The position numbers were made by a program, and so were the translations under genes. The notes beneath the pieces were generated by a model. It searched no databases and had not been told where the DNA came from. It saw nothing but the letters and a program-made list of their open reading frames with translations. A DNA stretch of 59,937 nucleotides, the filler included, from Sphacelaria rigidula (lineage: Eukaryota), in assembly GCA_964200075.2 (NCBI GenBank). It is 9 parts of 9 records of this genome, joined end to end, with 100 filler letters (N's around TTAATTAATTAA, not from the genome) between each part and the next. Parts side by side here need not be neighbours in the genome. Positions count along the whole stretch, not along the records: positions 33,357 to 39,927 come from CAXNAA020019295.1; positions 40,028 to 46,598 come from CAXNAA020019296.1; positions 46,699 to 53,268 come from CAXNAA020019297.1; 6 more parts are not named here. One strand, given 5' to 3'. This document shows positions 35,730 to 46,873 of this stretch, one piece after another. Position 1 is the stretch's first letter, and each line of letters starts with the position of its first letter.

Positions 35730-38700
35730 TCAGTATGCGACCAACGCATGTTGGTCGGAAGCAAGGAAAACAAAATCTGAAAATCGGTGATCCAACGAGA
35801 TCGAGCGCCAGCCAAAAAGTCCTGTTATGGATGACGTAGAGTCGGGTTCAAGCGAAGAATGGGGGGCAAAAACTACTAAAGGAAGGAAAAAAGGTTGCAG
35901 TGAAGGAGCGTGGTTCAAAGCGGTGCGTGAACGTCGTGGGTGTGGTCGATGTTGCGCTTGATACCGCGGCGAAGTCCCCTGGACTTGAGTCGCTGAGGAC
36001 ACCATGATCCGCGTGGTGCAGATGAGCTGGTGGTGTATAGTGCTGGCCGAAGCTTGAGCGGTATGGGTCCAGGGTCCTCGATGAAGCGCACGATGTATGT
36101 GTCGGAAGAAATGAGGTCAGCGCAGTGGGTCTGACCCAACCACCAGAGAGTGTCGCTATCTTTTGAACCAAAGGTAGCTGTCCTTGGGTAGTATTCGCTG
36201 GTTTGCGGAGAACTTCGCCTTACAAGTCTTGGTGGGAACAAGTTCGTAGCCATCGGCGACACAGCGTAGTCCTTGATCGCGGTGAACTTCGCGGGCTGCT
36301 GGACCACGACGCATGTTGCGATAGTTCTTGTTGTGAGCAAGATGCTGGTGTTGTGATTGCGTCCAGTACACGAAGATTGCAAGGCGGTGTAATTGAAGGT
36401 TGTGTTCGCGTTGCCAGGACGCTCTGCGAAGACCTTGCCAGTGGGTCTTATACATGACAGCAATTTTGCCACCTCGGCCACGGGCTATTTGGTGGCCGGA
36501 GATGGTGGACACGGTTAATCGGAGGGGCTGTTCCGTCATGTCGTCGGTGGTAACATGACGGGGCGGGGAATTGGTCGAGTAGCTGTTGAGAACATACCGT
36601 GTGAGTCCGGGAGGCAAGATGTTCGGGCATGTCGCTAGTATCATGCGGGTTCGTGCAGGGTTTGCATCTGTGTACGGAGACGCGGGGTTTGGTGTCCTTA
36701 CCCTGGAGGTCGCGAGGCAAGTCGACATAGAGCAGTTTGTCACCAACGGGTTTATCATCCGGTGACGATGGCAATGGCCTGACTGTCAGGATCTTGAATG
36801 ATCTTGTCCAACTGAGGGACAACGTTTTCTTCAAAATTGTTTCGTTGGCTGCCTTGCTGGTGCCTTGGCAGATGGTCGACAAGCTGTTGTAGATCCAAAC
36901 CCAATCACCAACTTTGCAATTGGGGCATTTGTGCATGAGGTTGTAGAGAGCAGTGTTGGATCTCTCAAGGCGCGAAGCGTTGATAGCGTATTGCTCGCGC
37001 ACGAGGGTAAACGCTTTGCGTCGTCGTGAATGCGCTAGTTCGTGATGTGATTTCTGATCCTGATCCAATCCTTGGCGGCCATCGAACGTGCATCGCTCAA
37101 ACACGGTGATGGGCAGCCGAGGGTAACGTCCAAGATGGAGTTCGTTCGGGGAAAGGCCTCTGGCGGCGTTAACCGGGTTGTTGTAGGACAACATAATGTG
37201 CGAGAGATGTAGGTCCCAGTCATTTTGGCGGTCATTGGTGACCATAGAAAGCATCTGGGCCATCGTGTGATTACCTCTTTCGGTACCACCGTTACCGTTC
37301 GGGTGGTAGACGCTCGTGGCAATGTGGATGCCCAGGAGCTCGTGAAGCTCTTCAGAGAGATCTGCTCAAACTTGCTGACCATTGTCGGAGGGGTATCGCT
37401 TCGGGCAGCCGTAGTGCTTAATGTAGTCGTGGACCAATATATCGGCCGTTCCGGTGGCAGTGAAATCTGCACCGGTTACCGCGTACATGGACGCGTGGCG
37501 GCTGAAGCAGTCAGTGAAGAGTAAGATGTAGATGTTGCCGCGACCTGTGGTCGGTAGAGGGCTAAAATAGTCAAAGGGCACAAGATGGCCCGGGGGGTTG
37601 GGGAGTCCCATAGAGATGACGGGTCAGCGTACTGTCTGCCGGGCAGTTTTCCTAGCTTGACATCTGAAGCATCGCCAAATCCAGAAGCGGGTGGAAATTC
37701 CCGTGCCAACCCACCAGTAGAAGCGTTTCAGGAGCGCTACGGTGCGAGTAACATTAAGGTGACATGACAAGTCTGTGTGACAGCCTTTCATGACCCAGGG
37801 GCCCATGAGTAATGGTGTATATATGCGCGTTGGTTCATCATTGAGCAGCCGTGCGCGGCGACCCGTGGTTGAGACGGAAAGTGCGGCCGTCAAAGGCGTG
37901 GGGCGACGCACGAGTAGTTGTACGCCTTAATCCGTAGTGAAAATTGTGCCTTTACGCACGAGTTCGTATACAGTGGGGGCCACGGTTCAAGAGCGATCTG
38001 TCTAAGAGAGTTGCCGATTTAAGAGAGGTCAAAATGGCTTGGCACACCACTCTCTGAAACCGAAAAATGTGTTTTTTAAAACCGCAACCGCTCGTTTTTT
38101 CCCGATCGTCAAGCTCACTTTGTTGGCGAGCACAGCAAGCAGTAGTCTGTCGTTTGCTGTACAGCAATACAGCAGTACAACGCAGTCGTTGATCTACCGC
38201 TCACAGCCTCACTGGGGCCAGCACGATGCCTTGCGCAGCGGGTTCGCTCTGCAAACTCTCGCCGGACCACGCGCCGGCTCCTCCTTTTCACACGAGCCAC
38301 AAATGTCGTGTCTGTGGAGGCTACCTTCATAGACTGTGCGGTGTGCCTGACCCGCTTGGCGCGACGGAGATGCAGCGTCTCTGCGATGGTGGCGTCAACT
38401 CCACCAAAAGAAAGGAATTAAACGCAGACCCTGATGCTCGGGTTGAGTCTGTGAAGGGCCACTGCCCGGAGGGGGATGGAAGAGGGAAGGATAAGCAGGG
38501 TGCACTAGGCAAGCTCAACTTCGTCGGCAAGACTCAAAGGAAAGTTCGCGGCGACGATATAGATGACGATGAGGCCGATTCTTCAGCGGCAGGCAATGAC
38601 CTTTGCACCCAGCCCAAGCCTTCTTGTCGTCCACCACCATACACTGATGTCGCTAGGTAATTTGGGGACCTTGAGGAAGTAGCCGGACGGTGCAACATGG

Positions 38701-39600
38701 CCGAAGTGTCATACCATCTTCGTAGGGCGAAGCTCGCTTTGATAAGTGATTATGCGTCCAGGGCAAAAACGAAACAAAGTTGCATGGTAGACTTTATGTA
38801 AAGCTGCAGAAGCTGCCAAGAAGTGTAGTCAAAATGTTGCTGGGTATAGTAGGAGGGAGTGCAGGTTCTCGATTTCTCGTAAGTGAGGTTGATTTGCGCC
38901 CTTGCGGGCTTCTGTCGGTTCCCTATAGCTGTAGTAGTGGTTGTACACAGCACTGTACAGTACAGTATGTCAAGATAAGAAGTCAACGATGCGAGTTGAC
39001 AAAAAGGTAGTTACCCTCCGGATGCCTTGATTTCACCCACGGTCTTCAACCCATATACATCACAAATCCAAGGAGTGAGGCACCTGGACACTATTATGGC
39101 AAGCGTACTCTCCAGAAATCTTGGTTTCATCCGTCCTCTAGAACCCATGTACTCGGAGTGTACCGGTATAAGAGAGGTATTTTCTTATATTAAGCACTCG
39201 GTTTAAGAGAATACCTCTTTCAAAACGGAATAAGGGAATTGTAGCTCCAAGGAAGATTACAAAGCCCCTGCACAACCCTATCTTGAACCGTGGCCCCGAC
39301 TGTACGTCAGAGATATCTGATGGTGGCAGTGTGCCAATCGGGGCCAGAAGGGCGGATGGAAAAGGGGCTGAGCAGCCAAGCTATAAGTACCGGATAAGCG
39401 CGCGACATAAAGGTTCCGAGGTTTGTCCCCGAGCCCAATCGCGGTGATAGTAGCTAGCGAAAAACTCGCGCACTTGACCTTCCGCTGGAGAGCCGACCAA
39501 ACACGGTGGGGTAGGCAGCGGGGGAATACGCGACGGGGCAGAAACGCCGACGTCAATATCTGCTCCGGGAGCAGGGGCTGAGTCATCGGCTACATGCTCG
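35730..39600 (-). mobile_element. Degenerate Ty3/Gypsy pol (integrase-chromodomain), interrupted by a pogo-like element at 37971-39302; 3' UTR/LTR probably continues toward ~34300
   Basis: Integrase zinc finger CH....CH...RFYWW...CFRCQARK. Core FDYFSPLP...FTDCFSRH...SDNGQQ...GNGGTERGNH. Chromodomain YKTHWQGLRRASWQRE. Frameshifts and stops present. Confidence 0.9.
37971..39302 (+). mobile_element. Internally deleted pogo/Tc1-mariner superfamily DNA transposon (1332 bp)
   Basis: 22-bp TIRs CAGTGGGGGCCACGGTTCAAGA / TCTTGAACCGTGGCCCCGACTG with 1 mismatch. TA on both sides. The residual ORF has a Cys/His finger and ends ...KTKQSCMVDF. No DDE core. Confidence 0.88.
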
Positions 39601-39612
39601 GGAGCGAAATAT

Positions 39613-39861
39613 GAGTCATCCTACGATAGGGGGGAGGGTGTTTCGTTGCATGAAAAAGGATGGTCATAGGTGTGTCAGAAGACCTGCCGCACTCACGGTG
39701 CGCTTGTCTTTGGTTCAAAACGGTGTCAAGCAGTCTGAATGAGCGTTAGACATCTATAAGAAGTTCGTTCGAACAACCGTTGCTGCTTTCAACGACGATT
39801 TCACCCGGAATTCCGTGCAAGAAATGGTCCGAAGTACCTCCCCCCCCTATCGTAGGTGCTC
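39613..39861. mobile_element. GAG-terminus (Sola-like) MITE copy
   Basis: GAGTCATCCTACGATAGGGGG...CCCCCCTATCGTAGGTGCTC. The interior is colinear with 11158-11414. Confidence 0.85.
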
Positions 39862-40084
39862 CGTCTCGAAAGGGATGCGTGGTCAATAGTCGAACGACTA
39901 AGGCAAGCAACAAATGAGTACGCCCCCNNNNNNNNNNNNNNNNNNNNNNNNNNNNNNNNNNNNNNNNNNNNTTAATTAATTAANNNNNNNNNNNNNNNNN
40001 NNNNNNNNNNNNNNNNNNNNNNNNNNNCCGTCCCGGCTTTGTAGGGATGCGAGGTCAATGGTCTTATGACTATGGCATGCATGA

Positions 40085-43000
40085 TCATGAGTACACCCCG
40101 TCTATCTCAAGTGCTGGAGGAGACACAGAGGGAGACGCTCTACTAGAGGAGCTGTTCACGAGCGAACACGGTACAGAGGGGGAAGATGGAACAGAAGGGG
40201 ACTGACCCACACTGCCTGCATCAACACTGCCAATCTCATCGATTCCTGCACCATAGGGTAACGATGCATCACGATTCACACGAATACGAATGTGTTGAAT
40301 TCCCCTTCCTGCAAGCGGCCATACTTCAGCTTCTACATTGTCGTCACTTTCCGCCCCTCCCCCTTCCGCGATCTCAATCGGCAGAGGAGGTGCGGTGGAG
40401 GGAGCTGTGACGACAACGCCTCCCACGTCACATCTCTCGTTTCCTGAATAGTCCCAGCCCTCGTTAGTACTCTATAACAATCACGCGGGTAGTCTCTCGA
40501 AGGACCGACATGAAAAGCAACTCTCACCTTTCGGTAGCAGCTTAGACGGTCGCTGCCACATGCAGTAAGCCGGCTTCAAGATCGGATACGGTCTAGCAGG
40601 ACGAGGTTCTCTATACCACATCTCATACGGCGACTTAGAGTCAGAGTTAGCAGTGCACGCTGTGTGGTGAAGGGCCTCGCAAGCCTAATGCATTGCTTCA
40701 GCCCAGAATCTGTCAGTCTTAGGCAACTGCACATGCCCAAACGGAACTTTTGCCTGAGTACGAGCCGCCATAGCGGCCTCCTCGATCAATCCCAGTCCAC
40801 GCTCTGCAACACCGTTGTATTGGGGACTGTAAGCCGAAGCGAACTCTTGTTTGATCAAAAGCTCATTGCACACGGATGCAACCCCTCCCCCGAAACACTC
40901 CCCTCCATTGTCAGATCTAGCAATCTCAACCCATGATGGGATTCCATCAGCACGCACACTAGCAAATAAACTTCGGAAAGCACTCCGAGTGCCTGATTTA
41001 CTTCTCAGGAAATATATCCATGCACTCCTTGTGAAATTATCCTTCACAATAATAGGGTAGTGTTTACCCCCTACGGATGCAACCTTCTTCCTCCCTCCCA
41101 GGTCAACAAAACCTCTGCCCAACGTTTTACCCGATCTACGTTTAGTTTCATGAGAAATTCCTTTCCTAATAGCCTTCGATATCGAACATCCCGTACAAGC
41201 ATGCACGTCACCGGTCAATTCGGTACCTAGTCGTTTTGCAGTAGTACGAAGCAATCCTTCGTGTGAATGAGCATAAATGTTGTGGAACTCGTTCACATCC
41301 ATCTTCTCTTCATGCTTGGGGTTTGAAGGGGTGAGGGCAGCCAACACCGAACCAGCAGAGTCATCTTCCAGACGATACGCAGTCGCAATCAGCATGCCAT
41401 CGAAGTTCTGAAAAGTAACATGGCCGTCGTAAGCGGTTATCACACCATCAGGACCACCAAGACCATTCCATGACTTGCCATCAAACTTTGCGCTGGAAGA
41501 AAAGAGGTTATACCCTAGGTTGGGAGAGTACAACACGTTCTCCACCTCTACGGAAAATTCGCTGTCAGCAGTCACAAACACCAGCTCCAGTGTTCCAGAG
41601 AGTGCTACCTCACAAGTCACGCCACCAATTTCTTTTACGTTCTTGTGGTAAGGTGTTACATCCTTCATTCAAGAGAGAAAATCAGTCATGTGGAAAGCAG
41701 TACCCGTGTCTGCATAGTAATCTTCGACACACCTGTCCTTCCTTACAAGAGAAGAGAATTCACGAACAGTATCATCACCAACCAAGCACTCACGCAGCAT
41801 GGCATCGTGAAAAAATGCTACCAGACACGTCATATCACTCGAGTTGTTCAAGCTGGTTTGAGAGAGCAACACCAAACTAGACCTCTCACCTTCTCATCCT
41901 CGGCATCCTCGGAGTTTCCGATCTGGGTAGGATTAGCGATCACGCGAGCGAGGCAGTCCTTCTTCAAGTGACCCTTCTCTCTATGAACGATGGGTCATTC
42001 GGACAGAAGACCACAAGAGTTTTACCCAAAGTCTTGTACTCGAGCGACAGTCCCTTAAGCATCAGGTTGCACACCTCTCTGTCATCTTTCTTGACTTCAA
42101 GCATCTGTAGAACACCAAGCGTATCTCTCATGGATGCAAAGAAGGTTGCGAGATTCTCGTTCGAACGCATGCGCAGCGTCTTCAGTTTCTCCTCCACCTA
42201 CGAGAGTACAGTACGCTACTCACAAACAAATGGAGCACACTGTCGTACCCTACGAGCTTACGCGGCTCAGTTCGGAAGATATCTACCATCAAGGATCCGC
42301 ATGAAACGGTACTGCACCCACGGTCATTGCTGGGGCCCTTTATGAACCGGAATCTATTACACCGCTAATTTTCGACAGTCAAAACCCAGAATGAAACAAG
42401 CAGCTAGATTACTGGCTGTATAAAATGTCAACAACAGTATCATGCTGGTAAGTCGAAATCAATGTAATCGGAATCTCAGCCTTAAAAACAAACGCCTCAT
42501 ACAGATTGTTGTATCGGGCACTCAACAGAAAGTTCTGCGACCATAAGGGATACGACACGGCGTTACCGTCAAAAACAGGAGCTTTGGGAACTTTGAAAGG
42601 ACCCCTACCCAACTTCTCTACTGCGTGAGAAATGTCAGCTCCAGGAATCAGTGTGTTTCCACTGGCGACATTTCCCCACCACTTACTCTACAGAGTAGGA
42701 GCGGGCGGAACAGAGGACTGGCCCAAAGCCTCACCTATAGTCCCGATTGAACCATAGTTTACTGCAGCAACAGAGGAACGATTTACAGCAAATACATTAG
42801 GGTTCAAGCCTGAGTCTGTAAGACTGCTACTCTCAACCCGCATGCTGGACACGCCTAAGCCTTGGGCATCGCCGCCCGTACCTCCCGCGGTCCCACCAGT
42901 AGCATCGTCAGAAAGATGCATACTAATCTCTCGCCCACCGCCTCCCGGCGCGGCAGCTACAAAACCAGAGGATTCCATTTTCTCTCCCTGTTGCTCAACT

Positions 43001-44013
43001 AGCGACGATACTAGAGTCGTAAGTCGAGACAACTGTGTCTCTATGGAACAAACTCCCTCACCAACTTCCTACGATCCACCCCTCAGCTGAGTCGACCGCA
43101 GGACCCTTGTTTCCCGGTTCGGCCATGATGAGGCAGGTTGATCAAGCCTCCCTTGTCAGTTTCGTGCACAGTCCGGGGGGACGAAGCAGCAGTCGACTGA
43201 TGCGCTATAGCGTGTTGGTAAACTCGTGACTTCTGGAGAAGAAGATGTCTTGTATTATTGAGACCTTGGTATGGAGAGATGGATCGGGAAAGTGAAGTGG
43301 GCACGGTAGGCGAGCTCGTGTCATCTACATCTCAGAAACTCTAGAAACCAAAAAACCAAAGACAGGTTCCGGAACAACGTTCCACATAGTTCCGGCAACG
43401 GGACTCGGACCAACGCACTTCCTTACGTACCACAAAACTTCGGGTTGTTCCCCACACCACAAATACCATGCTCGGACTAGTGCAGTATCCACAAAGAGTA
43501 CTCCTTCATAAGCTACAGATAGGACCGCGAGCGTTCCTCGCAATTCTCGATTACGTGGCAGCTCAGCAACGTATAGATCGACAGTTCCGTTATTCAAATC
43601 ATCCAATCAGATGTTCTACGCAAATCAGTCGGTACTACAGCCACTATCACGAACAGGGCACACAGAGGGGAGATGGTCTGTTACCTCGTTATTATTTACG
43701 GATTGCAATACACACTCACCACTCGACATGCGAAATCCACCAGGACTCCTAACTTCTTTCCCAAAATGAACCGACCAAAGCAAGGCTGCCTAATCAATGA
43801 GCAATGATGTATACGCGGTACAGATGCCAAAATACATGTAACGCCTGTCAAGTCCACGAGGGCCACGCATGACTACGTGATTGGTCCAATCTCGTATTCC
43901 ACCCTAATTATGTACGCCCTTGTCCAACTTTATCCGTACGGCACGTACACATGCGCAGGATCAAGTGCGGGCACATTCGAATAGCGCCCTTGACCGTGGT
44001 CGGGCCCTGAACA
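40085..44013 (-). mobile_element. Degenerate Ty1/Copia element, 5' part (probable LTR/leader, gag, protease, integrase), truncated before RT
   Basis: Gag FDGNAVSYPLWSQNF and LKTLRMRSNENLATFF. Protease YYADTGTAFHMT. ENVLYSPNLGYNLFS. Zinc motif H....H...CTGC. Integrase VDLGG...RSDNGGE...AYSPQYNGVAERG. The LTR boundary at 44013 (TGTTCAGG on the minus strand) is tentative. Confidence 0.9.
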
Positions 44014-44545
44014 CTGATTACCATTCGAAAAAATAGCATAGCTCCCTGCCAACGGCTAAGTCCTGATTCGCTTTACCCCGACAAATACAAAAATCCATGA
44101 TGACCTGGGTCCGACCAGAACCAAAATGCTCATTATAGGTTTTCACTTCCTCTGGACATGCTGAGGTTCAGGACTCTCACTGAATTCATCCACTCCAGAA
44201 CGAAACGAATCCAATACACTGATTGCAATTCACCCCATGTTCACAACGTGTTTACGATTGAGTTCCAAAGAACGTCGGCAATACAGAAGGCCAGACCTCT
44301 CCGAAAAACCATCCCTCCTACGTTATTGTCCCCCCTGGTCCAATATTACTTTTGCACTTGGAGGGATGTCACGTTCAGGTACGTGAAATATTATCAACGG
44401 CCTGAATATTGATTCTCGCGAGTTTCCGGGTGCAGAGTCAGTTCCGCATGTTGAACCACGAATGAACTTCAACCGCTTCGTGACATCCTCAACTCGAAAC
44501 CATTTCGATCACGGCAGTATACTCCAGTTTCAAACCGGGCGATAG

Positions 44546-44792
44546 GACACTTTCTACAATAGCCCCCCCTCAAAACCAGCTAAAAGTGTCACGAATAAAA
44601 TGGCCACACAGCGCCTCTTATTCGGCTTCGGGCTGTATGAAGCGCCTCATGTTGGCGACATTGGCTAGAACGAACCCAAGCGTGGGAATTTCCAGATTCT
44701 CATTGTGCTCGGCTTTTCCATTTCGATTTACGTAAATATTTTGCCTCCCAAAACCATGCACGTCTGGTGGGGGGGCTGTCGTAGAAAGTGTC
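44546..44792. mobile_element. MITE with GACACTTTCTAC TIRs and a 4-bp TSD
   Basis: GACACTTTCTACAATAGCCCCCCC pairs with GGGGGGGCTGTCGTAGAAAGTGTC. ATAG flanks both sides (44542-45 and 44793-96). Confidence 0.88.
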
Positions 44793-45149
44793 ATAGTCGC
44801 ATGAATACATCATCATCCAAAACTGATGGCACGAAAGCCTGCTCACAGTCAGCATGACGCAAAGCATGGTCCTACCGACACGCTAGAGCTGTAAACAAAC
44901 ACTTGAAACGGCCACATTCGGAGCATAGAATCCTCCAAAGTCTATCTCCGACCTCTGCAAACCTCCGCTGACCGTAGGTCTCGACTCCATCTTCGTGGTC
45001 CATCCAATCTCATCTGCTTCGAAGTATTCCCACGCCATTCTCGCGCCCATCTGCTCCTACGGCCCTTCGTGCTCGACCGCATCGGAATGCTATTGAAGCC
45101 ACCCCTGCTCCTGTCCCTCGGCACCAAGGACGCCACGGTGAGAAGAGCT

Positions 45150-46330
45150 TACACTCGGAATCAACAGCGGCAGCGCCGTTGTTGGCTGTGGTCCCGGCTG
45201 AGTCGGCGTCAGCGGTAGTGGTTGTGGGGGCTCGGATGCCATCGCGTCATATTTTTGCAGCGGCGACGTTGTCGGCGAAGTGGACGGTAGTGGCAGCGGA
45301 TGCGGCGTTATCGGCGCAGTAGGCGGGAGCGGCAGCGGCTGTGCCGTTGCCGGCGAAGTAGGCGATAGCGGAAGTAGCGGCGGTGTTGTCAACGGTGGTG
45401 TCGGCGACGGTATTGATCAAGTCGGCGGTAATGGCATCGCCTGCGGGGTTGTCGGCGACGGTATTGATCAAGTCGACGGCAGTAGCATCGGCTGCGGATT
45501 TGTCGGCGACGGCATTGATGATTTCGGCGGCAATGCTATCGACTGCGGGGTTGTCGGCCACGGTATTGATGAAGTCGCAGTGGTATCAGCTGCGGGGTCG
45601 TCGGCGACGGTGTTGATGAAGTAGGCGGCAGTAGCTTCGACTGCGGGGTTGTCGGTCGCGATATTGTTAAAGTTGGCGGCAGTGGCATCGACTGCGGGGT
45701 TGTAGGCGATGGTATTGATGACGTCGACAGCCGTGACATCGGCTGCGAGATTGTCGGTGGTGTTACTGATGAAGTTGGCGGCAGTGGCATCGGCTGCGGG
45801 ATGGTAGGCGACGGTATTGAGGATGTTGACAACGGTGGCATCTGCTGCGGGGTTATCGAGGACGGTATTGATGAAGTTGGCGGCGATGGGAGTCATGCTA
45901 CGATAGGGGAGGGGGGGGGGGGATTTTGGGCCGTTTTCTTCCACGAAATTCCACTTCAAAAGCCGTTGAAAGCAGCCAGCAGTCGTTCGAAAGCGCTTGC
46001 TCCCGAGAAATAACGCTCATCCATACTGCTTTACACCGTTTATACCAAAATACAAGCGCACCGCGAGTGTTTTGGGTCGTTCGACGCATCCATGGGCACA
46101 TGTTTCCGTGAAATCGAACACCTCTCCCCCCTATCGTAGCATAGCTCATGAAATCTGCTGCGGGATTGCCGGCGATGAAATCGATGAAGTAGGCGGCAGT
46201 GGCATCGGTTGCGGGGTTGTCAGCGGTGATGGTGATGAAATCAGCGGGGACGGCATCGGCTGCGGGGTGGTCGGGGCGACGATACTGATGAGATCGGCGC
46301 AATGGCCTTGGCGGCGGGGCTGTCGACGGA
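45150..46330 (-). repeat. Degenerate 51-bp coding-type tandem repeat (Pro/Thr/Ser-rich PTTPQPMPLPPTSSIPS, or DNPAADATAANFINTVA in another frame); likely a pseudogene
   Basis: About a dozen units of GGCATCGGCTGCGGGGTTGTCGGCGACGGTATTGATGAAGT.... There is a frameshift near 45570 and a MITE insertion. Confidence 0.75.
45890..46148. mobile_element. GAG-terminus (Sola-like) MITE copy, opposite orientation, inside the tandem repeat
   Basis: GAGTCATGCTACGATAGGGG...CCCCTATCGTAGCATAGCTC. Flanks ATGG/ATGA match at 3 of 4 positions. Confidence 0.85.
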
Positions 46331-46873
46331 GTGAAGTCGGCGGTGGCGTTTCACCGCGTGATTCAGCGTGGGATTAAGCGACTGCGGGGGTACCGGTGGG
46401 TCAGCGACGGTAGTAGTAACTCCATTTCCCGCCCCTTTCGGCGAGCGGCATCCTCGGCGGTTGCAGAAGCTGCACACGCGGGATAGTTCATAAAAATCGT
46501 ACACCGCTTGTCGAGAAAGCGGGCTGGAAACAAGCATCTGGGAGAACAGGTGCAGCGCTTAGTGTGGGGAGGCGGGCTGGACACAAACAGCGAGGCGGNN
46601 NNNNNNNNNNNNNNNNNNNNNNNNNNNNNNNNNNNNNNNNNNTTAATTAATTAANNNNNNNNNNNNNNNNNNNNNNNNNNNNNNNNNNNNNNNNNNNNAT
46701 TAAAAAATCTATCCCCCCCAATAATTTCCCCCAAATGGGGGGGGGTAGTTTGCGTGTTTGTAGCGTTCCCGCCCCCCCCCCCCCCCCCCCTTTGCTAAGC
46801 AATCGACTTGAGCTGTGCGTACGGGCCGACGCGCTTGCGTCGTAACTTTCTCTATCTTGACAAAAACGCGCAG

